Below the pieces are notes generated by a model. It was not told where the DNA came from and did not search any database. It saw only the letters and a program-made list of their open reading frames with translations. From the NCBI GenBank assembly GCA_026986785.1, contig JALSNW010000044.1:13520-77519 (forward strand): a DNA stretch of 64,000 nt, written 5' to 3'. Both the position numbers and the translations under genes were made by a program. Shown in pieces: positions 9,271 through 18,676 of the stretch. Every line of letters starts with the position of its first letter. Positions within the stretch are counted from its first letter, which is position 1. Origin of the DNA: Deltaproteobacteria bacterium. GTDB lineage: Bacteria; Desulfobacterota; Dissulfuribacteria; Dissulfuribacterales; QOAL01.

Positions 9271-11082
9271 GTGGATATTGCCCTGATCTCTCCCCCATGG
9301 CCTCTTTTCAATAGGCCTTCCATCCAGTTAGGTGCATTGAAGGCCTTTTTGAAAGAAAAAGAACCAGGGATGAAGGTGAGGGCGTATCACCCTTATCTCA
9401 GGCTTGCCACTACCATAGGCCTTGAGGACTATCTCAAGATCAGCCAGTCCAGTTGGGCTGCAGAGGCAGTTTTTGCAAAGCTACTCTTTCCTGGCCACGA
9501 GGGACCTGAGGAACTCTTCTACAAGGCCCTTGGCAGGAAATTTGGCAAGGGGAAAAATCCTGATTTTGAAAGGGTGGTTTCCCAGGCAGAGGCCATTGTG
9601 GACAGATATTTCTCCCCTGGACACTTTGCCTTTCCCAGGATGACAGGTATCAGCCTGTGTCTTAATCAGCTGACCGCTGGGCTCTATATTGCAAAGAAGA
9701 TAAAGGCACAGGCCCCAAACACCATTATTGTACTGGGTGGGGCGAGTTGTTCTGACGTGATAGGACAAAGCCTCCTAGAGATATTTCCCTTCGTGGATTA
9801 CACCATCACTGGGGAGGGAGAATTGCCACTTCTCGAGTTGTGGCGATATCTCATGGGAAAGAAGAAGACTATTTCAAGTAGTGCCATCTGCTCCAGGACC
9901 AAAGGGGATGACAAACCGAAGAAGGATCAGATCCCTGAGCTCGACCAGTTGCCGCTGCCTGACTTTGACGATTATTTCCTGGAGCTGTCCCAACTGGGCG
10001 GGACAGGGGCTGGCATTTCACCTCTGATACCCATTGAGGCCTCCAGGGGCTGCTGGTGGGCAAGATGCAACTTCTGTAATCTCAACCTCCAGTGGAAGGG
10101 ATATAGGGCCAAATCCAGCCAAAGGGTTGTTTCTGAGATAGATTACCTGAGCAAGAGATACATGGTTCTTGATTTTGCCTTCATGGACAACTGCCTCCCC
10201 AAGAGACAAGCCCCGAAAATCTTTCAGCTTTTGAGTAGGCAGAAAAAGGACTATTCCTTTTTTGCAGAGCTCAGGGTAGGACATAGCAGGCAAGAGCTTG
10301 GCCAAATGGCAGCCGGGGGGCTCAAGGATGCACAAGTTGGCATTGAGGCCCTCAGCACCCGACTCTTGCAACGACTCAACAAGGGGAGCTCTGCCATTGA
10401 CAATCTCGCAATCATGCGCCACTGCACTGAATGGGGGATCGAGCTTCAGGCCAACCTAATTCTCCATTTCCCAGGAAGTTCCGATGAAGAGGTAATGGAA
10501 ACCTTGGAAAATCTGGATTTTGCCTGGCCTTTTTCTCCACTGAAGACCGTCTCTTTCTGGCTTGGGGCAGATAGCCCGGTATACAGGGAGCCTGAGAACT
10601 TTGGCATCTATAACATCAGAAACCACGGCTTTTATACCCTCCTATTCCCCAGAGATACAGCCAACGGCTTGAGGCCTTTGATCCTCGAATACACAGGAGG
10701 CAGAACCAGACAAAAAAACATGTGGAGGGCTGTGGAAAAAAAGGTTGCCGAGATGAACAAGGCCAGATCCAGGATGAAAATCAAAGGAAAACTCCTCGGG
10801 TACAGAGATGGCGGGGAGTTCATCACGATAAGGCAGATTCTACCCGATGGCCGCATACTTAGACACAGGCTTTCCGGCCTGTCCCGCAAGCTCTATCTTG
10901 CCTGTCTGGAACCAACAGCCGTGGAACGCCTCGCAGAGCTGGCAGAGGGTACAGGGATGGAGAGGATCGACAGTTTTGTAAATGTGCTTTGTTCGAAAAG
11001 GCTCATGTTCAGAGAGGGCCACAAGGTCCTTTCCCTGGCTGTCAGGGAAAAGATACCTGTGCCAATGGACAGGATCCCATAA
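9271..11082 (+). CDS. B12-dependent radical SAM C-methyltransferase, RiPP-maturation type
   Basis: N-terminal PSIQLGALKA and cobalamin-binding region (VLGGA, GEGE), EASRGCWWARCNFC CxxxCxxC motif, QVGIEALS; start uncertain (GTG 9271; ORF opens at 9172). Confidence 0.8.
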   Translation: MDIALISPPWPLFNRPSIQLGALKAFLKEKEPGMKVRAYHPYLRLATTIGLEDYLKISQSSWAAEAVFAKLLFPGHEGPEELFYKALGRKFGKGKNPDFERVVSQAEAIVDRYFSPGHFAFPRMTGISLCLNQLTAGLYIAKKIKAQAPNTIIVLGGASCSDVIGQSLLEIFPFVDYTITGEGELPLLELWRYLMGKKKTISSSAICSRTKGDDKPKKDQIPELDQLPLPDFDDYFLELSQLGGTGAGISPLIPIEASRGCWWARCNFCNLNLQWKGYRAKSSQRVVSEIDYLSKRYMVLDFAFMDNCLPKRQAPKIFQLLSRQKKDYSFFAELRVGHSRQELGQMAAGGLKDAQVGIEALSTRLLQRLNKGSSAIDNLAIMRHCTEWGIELQANLILHFPGSSDEEVMETLENLDFAWPFSPLKTVSFWLGADSPVYREPENFGIYNIRNHGFYTLLFPRDTANGLRPLILEYTGGRTRQKNMWRAVEKKVAEMNKARSRMKIKGKLLGYRDGGEFITIRQILPDGRILRHRLSGLSRKLYLACLEPTAVERLAELAEGTGMERIDSFVNVLCSKRLMFREGHKVLSLAVREKIPVPMDRIP

Positions 11083-11945
11083 TGAGTACCTGTTGGCTAA
11101 TTGAAAGACGGGATCTCTTTCTAAAAAACATGGTCAAGGACTTTCTTGAATCCTGTTTCTTTTTTGCTGAACTGAAGGAACATACATCCAAATATGGCGT
11201 GAGGTATGAGGGCCTCGATTTCTGGGTCGGTACTGAACAGGCCAAAGGGCAGCTTTGGCGCCTAAAAGACCTATGCCACTTGCTGTGGGGTGACTGTGAT
11301 CCCGTTGCGGAAAAAGAGGGCTTCATGCTGGATTGGATGGTAGGGGCAATCTTCCATGAGGCAATGAAATTAAAGGAAAACGCCTACATGATGAAACGCT
11401 ACAGGGAGTCCTATCCCCTGGAGGATATGGCCCCACTCCAGGCCAATGGCAATGGAGAAGATCAGGGCATGGAATTTTTCGAAGAAACTGCCCATGAAAT
11501 CCACAGGGCTATCAGGAGAATAGACCTACTCGTGCGCCATGCCCAAGAATATCTCATTGCAGTGCTGAAAAGGGAAAGGGCCAATGCCCTCCTTGTGAGA
11601 TATCTTCTCGAGGCAAGAGTACGGTGCGAAGAGCAATGGTCTAAATCTGTAGGGCCTGAACGGTTACTCCAGGCACTTTTCCCAAATAGGTTGGATAGGG
11701 CGTATTGCCTTGCTGGAGAAAGCTATCTGGAAGGCAGTTGGTTCATCGAGGCCAGACATGCATTTGAACAGGCCCTCAAGATAAACCCTGATTGCCAAGA
11801 GGCAAAATCTGGGCTGAGACTCATTGAAAAGCGGCTAAGAGAGATAGCAGCACTACTGGAAAAGGAATACGAGCTCCAGACCAAGAACGGCAATTCAGCC
11901 AAGGTGGAGTTTGGACGAAGCCAAGCAAACAGCAAAAAAGATTAG
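11082..11945 (+). CDS. Hypothetical protein with C-terminal TPR
   Basis: TAATG coupling to the radical SAM gene; AYCLAGESYL..G...EARHAFEQALKINPD TPR pattern. Confidence 0.75.
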   Translation: MSTCWLIERRDLFLKNMVKDFLESCFFFAELKEHTSKYGVRYEGLDFWVGTEQAKGQLWRLKDLCHLLWGDCDPVAEKEGFMLDWMVGAIFHEAMKLKENAYMMKRYRESYPLEDMAPLQANGNGEDQGMEFFEETAHEIHRAIRRIDLLVRHAQEYLIAVLKRERANALLVRYLLEARVRCEEQWSKSVGPERLLQALFPNRLDRAYCLAGESYLEGSWFIEARHAFEQALKINPDCQEAKSGLRLIEKRLREIAALLEKEYELQTKNGNSAKVEFGRSQANSKKD

Positions 11946-12035
11946 TCCCATGGCTACCGACACGCACTTGAGAGCATTGGCAAACTTATAGAAAGTGTAT
12001 CAAAGGCCGATTTTTAGGGGGGATCGAAAGAAAAA

Positions 12036-12689
12036 TCACGTCAGAGTTGAATGAGAGGCGATGATGGCCCTGGCAAGTTCTTTGAGCTTGATACTCTGCC
12101 TTCTGCTCTCTTTTTGCATGAGTCTCATGGCAGCCTCTTCCTCAATACCAAGGTGTTTCATCAAGATCCCCTTGGCCTTTTCTATGAGTTTTCTTGCCTC
12201 CAACTCCTCGGAAAGGTTTTCCACCACGCCCTCCAGGGCATTTATGGTCTGGGCTATAGACTTGGCCATTTCGATTGCTGGGACCAGGTCGTCCAGATGC
12301 ACAGGCTTCACCAGATAACCCAGGATGCCTCTCCTCTTGGCCTTTTCAACCAGATGCCTCTCTGCATAGGCTGTTACGAGTATTATGGGGATAAATGAGC
12401 CAGGATGACCATTTATGGCCTTGGCAGCCTCAAGGCCGTCTAACAAGGGCATCTTGATATCCATGAGGATCATATTTGGATTCAATTCAGCCGTCTTCTC
12501 AACGGCCTCCAGGCCATTAGAGGCGATTCCCACTACCTTGTAACCAGCCTCCTCCAATATGGTCTTGAAACCTTCAGCTACAGCCTTGTCGTCATCGGCA
12601 AGAAGGATGCGGAGTGCCTTGCTGCTTCCCAGCAGTCTATTTGCTTCTCTTTTTGTATCAGACTCCCCAGCCGTCACACAGTCTCCCAA
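12036..12689 (-). CDS. Response regulator, REC + ANTAR RNA-binding domain
   Basis: LLADDD, LMDIKMP, VTAY, YLVKP; ARKLIEKAKGILM...EEAAMRLMQKESRRQ ANTAR pattern. Confidence 0.92.
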   Translation of the reverse strand: MGDCVTAGESDTKREANRLLGSSKALRILLADDDKAVAEGFKTILEEAGYKVVGIASNGLEAVEKTAELNPNMILMDIKMPLLDGLEAAKAINGHPGSFIPIILVTAYAERHLVEKAKRRGILGYLVKPVHLDDLVPAIEMAKSIAQTINALEGVVENLSEELEARKLIEKAKGILMKHLGIEEEAAMRLMQKESRRQSIKLKELARAIIASHSTLT

Positions 12690-12771
12690 AGATATTTTTT
12701 ATAGAAGGGATTACTCAGGAAAGAAACAAAACGATGACCAATACACCACCTACCCAAAAAATAAGAAGAAC

Positions 12772-12845
12772 TGGCTGGGGGACTAGGATTCGAACCTAGA
12801 CTAGCAGATCCAGAGTCTGCGGTCCTGCCGTTAGACGATCCCCCA
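12772..12845 (-). tRNA. tRNA-Gln (anticodon CTG)
   Basis: TGGGGGA/TCCCCCA acceptor stem, GCAGA-CTCTGGA-TCTGC anticodon arm, GGTTCGAATCC T-loop, encoded CCA. Confidence 0.97.
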
Positions 12846-12859
12846 GCAATCGAACATGA

Positions 12860-12888
12860 AATATAGAGGCGGGTTGATTTCTTGTCAA
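12860..12888 (-). promoter_or_regulatory. sigma70 promoter for tRNA-Gln
   Basis: TTGACA-17 nt-TATATT, 14 nt upstream of the tRNA. Confidence 0.75.
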
Positions 12889-12921
12889 GAAGCATACAGG
12901 TTAAATATATTTTTCACTCTT

Positions 12922-13728
12922 CTACCTTATAACCAGACCTGCATACCCCACCACTCTACTGTAGTCACCATTTATATCACCTGAGTTGGCATACTTGATG
13001 AGCTCCGCCTCTCTGGCACCCAGTTGATTGGCCGCCTCCATAGTAATGGTTGTGGGTATGTAACCACACATGGAGATACCGTTATCCTTTACCGTGTTAT
13101 AGAGGCCAGCCGGATCAAGGGCCAAGATCCTCTTTATTGCCAAGGTATCCAGCTCCTTGGCCGTTTCTGCCGGTATATAATGGCTCATGTCAGTGCTCGC
13201 CACCAAGAGAACAGGCTGACCAAACGCATCCACGGCCGAGGCCACAGCCGCACCTATCTCCAAACAGGAATTCAAGTCCAGAGGGCCCAGACAGATGGGA
13301 ACTATCTTCAGAGCAGGCTGGAGATATTGGAGAAAAGGGATCTGTACCTCCAAGGAATGCTCATAGAGATGTGCCTGATAGCCCTGCTGCAAAACGCTTG
13401 AGCGCCTCAAAATCTGCATGGCAAGCTCACTGTCCACCTCCACGTCCCCCAGGGGCATCTGCCAAATACCCTCTGTCATTATTTCGGCATACGATCCATA
13501 CCCGGTATGGTTTGGCCCCATGAGAACCACACATTCTGGTATCCTCACCCTGCTGAAGACGGCCCCAGCCACATGACCGGAATAGATGTAACCTGCATGG
13601 GGACTAATGGCTGCTATTGCCGGTTTGGCATGGACAGTGGTGGGAATAAGTTGAGAGAGCTCAGATCTGAGCCTCCGGGGATCACCATCGTAAAATTGAT
13701 TTGCTACTGCTGGCTTTCTCAAAAGCAT
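12922..13728 (-). CDS. MEMO1-family protein (AmmeMemoRadiSam system protein B)
   Basis: RKPAVANQFY, PHAGYIYSG, GPNHTG, EHSLEVQIPFLQ, STDMSHY, SMCG, VVGY. Confidence 0.93.
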   Translation of the reverse strand: MLLRKPAVANQFYDGDPRRLRSELSQLIPTTVHAKPAIAAISPHAGYIYSGHVAGAVFSRVRIPECVVLMGPNHTGYGSYAEIMTEGIWQMPLGDVEVDSELAMQILRRSSVLQQGYQAHLYEHSLEVQIPFLQYLQPALKIVPICLGPLDLNSCLEIGAAVASAVDAFGQPVLLVASTDMSHYIPAETAKELDTLAIKRILALDPAGLYNTVKDNGISMCGYIPTTITMEAANQLGAREAELIKYANSGDINGDYSRVVGYAGLVIR

Positions 13729-13924
13729 TTCTTTCTCCTGTTGTTAAAATACGGTTTCGGGGTCTGGACTGACAAGAGAAAAATACCCCAATGTATGTTA
13801 ATAAGAAAATAATCATGGTGTCACTGCTGTCCAGCCAGTCATCTCTTCAGGCCTCGAGAGTCAGAGACAACTGCTACCATTTTTTCAACCTGTCGACCCT
13901 CGAGACCCGTATATCTCATCACTT

Positions 13925-14792
13925 AATGGGGGATCTGCCTCTTTTGATCCACGAGCCAGACACTGCCCACAGGCTTTGGCGGCGTGCAAGGGATGTGTTC
14001 AGGCGAGTGATATTCCTCCAGCGATCCGAAAGGCTCATGGAGATTGCCAAAAGACAGATCCTTGTAAATGACGAGACAGGTTCATCCTTTCCCAATGGCC
14101 AGATATGGTGGGCCAAAAGCCTTACCAGGGCCAAGGGTAGGATGCAGAGGCATTGGTATGCAGACGAAGGGGGTATTTACCTCTGCATAGCAATCTATCC
14201 ATCCCTATTCCAGGAAGATGTGCATTTCTATAACATTGCAACAGGGCTTTCCATCTGCCAGATACTCAGAGAATGGGGGGTTGATGCCCACATACGATGG
14301 TTGAACGATGTACTCATAGAGGGAAAGAAGGTTGCAGGCGTCCTGGCAGAAACTATCGTAACTCCAAGACTCAATGAACACTACCTCCTGACAGGCATAG
14401 GAATAAATGTCAACCAAAACGCCTTTCCAACCGAGATTACACAACACTCCACTTCCCTGTTGATAGAGACAGGAAGGAAATGGCCCATCATGGAACTCGG
14501 CACCCATATCATTTCGAGGATTGCACTCAATTTTGCCCTGCTTCACGAATGGCAGGCCACATCCCTTTCAGAAAGTTACTCAACTCGGCCAAATCCCGTG
14601 ATAATGGCCTATAAAGGCCTGAGTAACCTTATAGGTAGACGGATTCGCTTTGGCACAGACCTGGAAAAAGAGAGGGGCACGGCTGCCACTGTATTGGACA
14701 TCTTGCCAGATGGCAGCCTGGAGTTACTCCTGGCAGATGGGACCGAGGCAATAATCAATACAGGGGAGATCCGTTACGATACGGGATCATGA
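13925..14792 (+). CDS. birA: Biotin-protein ligase-like (BirA, no DNA-binding HTH), divergent motifs
   Basis: KGRMQRHW, RWLNDVLIEGKKVAGVL, GIGINVN, C-terminal SH3-like domain; start uncertain (ORF opens at 13791). Confidence 0.75.
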
Positions 14793-15929
14793 GGAAGCTT
14801 GGAATCTGCATTCTGAGCAAGATATCCCTCTATGAACCTGTCTATATTGCCATCCATGACATCGTTGACATTTCCTGTCTCTATCCCTGTACGGTGATCC
14901 TTGACCATCTGATATGGATGCATGACATATGAACGGATCTGACTTCCCCAGCCGATATCCTTCTTCTGATCATGGAGGCGCTGTTTTTCCTGGTTTCTCT
15001 TTTCCCGTTCCAGTTCATACAGCCTGGCCTTCAAGATCTTCATGGCTATGGCCTTGTTCTTGTGCTGACTCCTTTCATTCTGACATTGGACTACTATGCC
15101 TGTGGGGATATGGGTGATCCTGACGGCTGAACTCGTCTTGTTGACATGCTGGCCGCCAGCACCACTTGCCCTATAAGTATCGATCCTGAGGTCTTTTTCA
15201 TCGATCTGCACATCTATGGATTCGTCCAGCTCTGGCACCACGAAAACCGAGGCAAAAGAGGTATGCCTCCGCCCAGAGGCATCGAATGGAGAGATCCTGA
15301 CAAGGCGATGTACACCAGCCTCTGATTTCAGATACCCATAGGCAAACTGCCCCTTGACGAGGAAGGTGGCACTCTTCACCCCTGCCTCTTCACCTGGCAT
15401 CAGGTCCAACATGCGCACCTCAAACCCCTGGCGTTCACACCACCTAAGGTACATGCGAAGAAGCATGTCTGCCCAATCCTGAGCCTCAGTGCCCCCGGCA
15501 CCTGAATGTATGGTTACTATGGCGTTGTTGATGTCGTGCGTACCAGACAATAGCCTTTGGAGCTCGACACGCCTGATCTTCTTTTCAAGTCTCGACAGCT
15601 CTGTACGAACCTCCTGGAAGGTCACCTCGTCATCCTCCTCCTGGGCCATCTCCAAGAGGAGTTGCAGCTCTTCTAACTTTTCCTCCAGCTCTGCCACGGC
15701 CTCCTTCTGCCTGGTGATCAGGGAGCGTTCTTTCAAGAGCTCCTTGGACCCCGGACTCTCCCAGAAACCCTGCTGCAGCATCTGCTTCTCTATTTCAACA
15801 AGACGCTGATCGAGTTTTTGACGATCAAAGATAACCTCTTAATATAGCTATTTTTTTTGCAACGTCCGCAAGCCTACTCTTCAAGTCCTGAATATCGATC
15901 GATACCTGTTTCTGTTGTCTATCTACCAT
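14774..15929 (-). CDS. prfB: Peptide chain release factor 2 with programmed +1 frameshift
   Basis: SPF and GGQ motifs; ATG at 15929, then AGAGGT-TAT-CTT-TGA (15839-15825); +1 frame joins the 14774..15781 ORF. Confidence 0.96.
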
Positions 15930-17475
15930 GGATGTCCCCCTTTGTTATATTTGAAGAAGTTATAAAATAATTTATTAGAACAAACAACAAATTCAGGGCA
16001 AGAAACCAGTGGGCACCATATCTGACAAAAGGGGTTATACCATAATCGATATCCACGAGACCTGTAATATAACAGGGTTTAAAAAGATCCGTAGATGCAG
16101 ATATCCGACCTTGAGGAGATATGATCCTGCTTACCCCTGTATTGGCTGCCCTGACGAGCCAGCGCCTGGTCTCTACTGCCCGAAAGATAGCCATGTCTGC
16201 ATGCTGATAGGGCGCCGCTGTCCTGCCAAACCATGCATCATTGGTTATGACTGTCAGGATATTGGCCCCAGCAAGGACCTCTTTTCGAGAAATGGCTGGG
16301 AATATACTTTCAAAACAGATCATTACTCCAATTTTAAAAGGCTTGCTCACCAGGGGCCTCGAGTTGGTTCCAGCAACGAAATCTCCAGCCGTTGGCAGAA
16401 AATCCCTTGCCCAGGCAGTAAGCCTGCCCCAAGGCATGTATTCTCCAAAGGGAACGAGATGCTGCTTATCGTATCTGCCCCTGAATGAACCGTCTGGCCC
16501 AACTATAAATGCACTGTTTCTGTATCGAAGGTGCCCACCAGGGTCATAGAAATAGGAGGGACCTCCAAAAAGGATAGAGATCTCGAGCTCCTTGGCAAAC
16601 CCCATGATCTCCTGCCTCAAATGGCCTTGCTCCTGGAAATAAAAAGGCATGGCCGTCTCTGGCCACACTACGAGTCCCAGGGCAGGAAAACGTGATTTGG
16701 CCTCCTGGGTCAGCCTCTTGTAGCGTTCTATAGTGGCATGCCGGTATTGGGGATTCCACTTGATACTCTGATCGAAAGAACCCTGAATGGCAGCCACCCT
16801 GATCCTGCCCTCTTTTGCAATAGAAAGCATGTGATCACCATAGATGAACACAAATGTCATCAGCACTCCCCAAAAGGCCAAAGAAAGGCTCACCATACCT
16901 ATCCTTTCCCTTGTGACATCTCCTTTCTGGAACAACAGAAATAGTCGCCAAAGTACTATATTTGAAAAAAAGACGATGAAGCCTATGCCATAATGGCCCC
17001 ATAGATCTGCTGTCTGGATCAACCAGGGACTATGGGACAGGCTATAGCCAAGGGCAGCCCATGGAAAGCCACTGAGAAAACTACCCCTGAGTGCCTCTAA
17101 CAATATCCACAAGGAGCTAATGGCCAACATGGCCGTTAGGGAACCCGGTTTAAAGGCAATAAAAGATCTTGTCAGCCAGGCCCACAGGCCAGGGAAAAGG
17201 GCAAGATAGCACACCAGAAGAGCAAATATGGCCCAAGCAGCAGGCATTGGGAGCCTGCCATAGTTTGCTATGGTTGGGGCAATCCACCATAGCACAGGGC
17301 CAAAAAAGAAGGCCCCCCAGAAAAAACCCAGACGGAAGCTGTCCCTTTTTTCTACCCTATAGGTTGCGTGTAAAAAGGGTATGAGGGCAACAAATGGCAC
17401 AGGCCATGCGTGCTGTCCCAGAAAGGCTGAGGCCAAAGCCAAGGCAGAGAATGCAGCCAAGAAGAGATTTGCCAC
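15919..17475 (-). CDS. lnt: Apolipoprotein N-acyltransferase
   Basis: GFPW, WPETA, KQHLVPFGEYMP, ICFESIF, TNDAWFG, RAANTGVS. Confidence 0.96.
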   Translation of the reverse strand: MANLFLAAFSALALASAFLGQHAWPVPFVALIPFLHATYRVEKRDSFRLGFFWGAFFFGPVLWWIAPTIANYGRLPMPAAWAIFALLVCYLALFPGLWAWLTRSFIAFKPGSLTAMLAISSLWILLEALRGSFLSGFPWAALGYSLSHSPWLIQTADLWGHYGIGFIVFFSNIVLWRLFLLFQKGDVTRERIGMVSLSLAFWGVLMTFVFIYGDHMLSIAKEGRIRVAAIQGSFDQSIKWNPQYRHATIERYKRLTQEAKSRFPALGLVVWPETAMPFYFQEQGHLRQEIMGFAKELEISILFGGPSYFYDPGGHLRYRNSAFIVGPDGSFRGRYDKQHLVPFGEYMPWGRLTAWARDFLPTAGDFVAGTNSRPLVSKPFKIGVMICFESIFPAISRKEVLAGANILTVITNDAWFGRTAAPYQHADMAIFRAVETRRWLVRAANTGVSRIISPQGRISASTDLFKPCYITGLVDIDYGITPFVRYGAHWFLALNLLFVLINYFITSSNITKGDIHGR

Positions 17476-17530
17476 TTTTCATCTGTTACTTACAGATTAT
17501 GACATCACCTGATGTCTTGAGCCTCGATCG

Positions 17531-18094
17531 TCATCCATGGGTATCGTAGGAATAGAGGATCTGCTTCTCCAAGGGGATGCGCTTCTCGGGTAGCCTTGGA
17601 GGGGGCCAGTCGGATGTCAATTTTATGAGTTCTGCCCTGGAAGGAATGGCATCCCAGCCGTAACCCACGGCCTTTTTTTTCTTGACGTCGATAAAGGAGG
17701 CATCAAAGAGATTTGCCTGAACAGCCCAAGGTATGATGTAATCCTTTTCAAGAAGCCTGGCAGCTGCTACGGTTCCAGACTCCCTTGTTATGACAGAACC
17801 AGGCCCTCCACGCAAGATCATCAACGACCTGCCGTGTATCCTAACAACCAAGTCCACATAGGAGATGACCTTTTCATTGTTGACTTCCAGTTTGATTTCC
17901 CGATCGAGCTGGAAGTCATCTATCCTATAACCCTTCTCATTGACGAGAAACTTTGCGAGCTTCTGCCTTATCCTTTCCCTGTCAGTATCCAGAACGAGCC
18001 TGCCCGTAAGGAAACAGGGTATCTTTACAAATAGGTCGTCCGGATTTACTCGAGTCTGCTCATGCATATCTTGTTCTCTATGTCCTTTTGGCAT
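17531..18094 (-). CDS. Stand-alone HsdR N-terminal-like (PD-(D/E)xK fold) protein
   Basis: ERIRQKLAKFLVNEKGY...YVDLVV pattern; no hsdM/hsdS nearby. Confidence 0.6.
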   Translation of the reverse strand: MPKGHREQDMHEQTRVNPDDLFVKIPCFLTGRLVLDTDRERIRQKLAKFLVNEKGYRIDDFQLDREIKLEVNNEKVISYVDLVVRIHGRSLMILRGGPGSVITRESGTVAAARLLEKDYIIPWAVQANLFDASFIDVKKKKAVGYGWDAIPSRAELIKLTSDWPPPRLPEKRIPLEKQILYSYDTHG

Positions 18095-18107
18095 TTTACT
18101 GTTATAT

Positions 18108-18668
18108 TCATTTACACAGCCTTATATTGTCAATAAAAATCGTGACGGGTCTGCTGGGTGAGGCAATAAAAAACATGAAGGCGCAGACATGTGCCGTATC
18201 CAGGTGTCTGCCTGTGCCAGAGGTGGTAAGCCTGGAAAAATCGAGCACAACATAATTCATGCCATTTTTCAACAATATTCGCTCGTTTATTCTGTCCTCA
18301 TAAGGTGGATTTATCACATCATCTATCCTGAAGGTCACAGGCAGAGGCCTTTTTGCTGGATTAAAGATATCCAATCTTATTGTCCTTGTCCCTTTCCAAG
18401 AGCCCTTCAAATCTGCCATGAAAAAACCTGGATAGGTCTCAGGGGGGTACATCTGGACCTCCAGGCTAAACCTTCCATGGGTGACATGCTGTCGGCTTCT
18501 TTGATACCAGGTGTGACATCTCCATCCAAGACCTTGAAGGTCCTTTTCATCCTCGAAATCATAAATGAGCCTACAGCAACTATTTCCTCCCTGAGCTGAA
18601 CAGGAAACAAGCAATAACATACCCTGAGACAGCAAGAATATTGCAAAAAGGAGAGTGATGGTCTTCAT
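18108..18668 (-). CDS. Putative lipoprotein, possible beta-sandwich carbohydrate-binding-like domain
   Basis: Signal peptide with LLVSC lipobox; YDFE...IFIDNIRL ends typical of galactose-binding-like folds (inference). Confidence 0.6.
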   Translation of the reverse strand: MKTITLLFAIFLLSQGMLLLVSCSAQGGNSCCRLIYDFEDEKDLQGLGWRCHTWYQRSRQHVTHGRFSLEVQMYPPETYPGFFMADLKGSWKGTRTIRLDIFNPAKRPLPVTFRIDDVINPPYEDRINERILLKNGMNYVVLDFSRLTTSGTGRHLDTAHVCAFMFFIASPSRPVTIFIDNIRLCK

Positions 18669-18676
18669 GGGCTATC

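Noticed and set aside
12772..12845. tRNA as an integration site for an island
   Set aside because: No integrase or duplicated tRNA 3' end seen; flanks are ordinary genes
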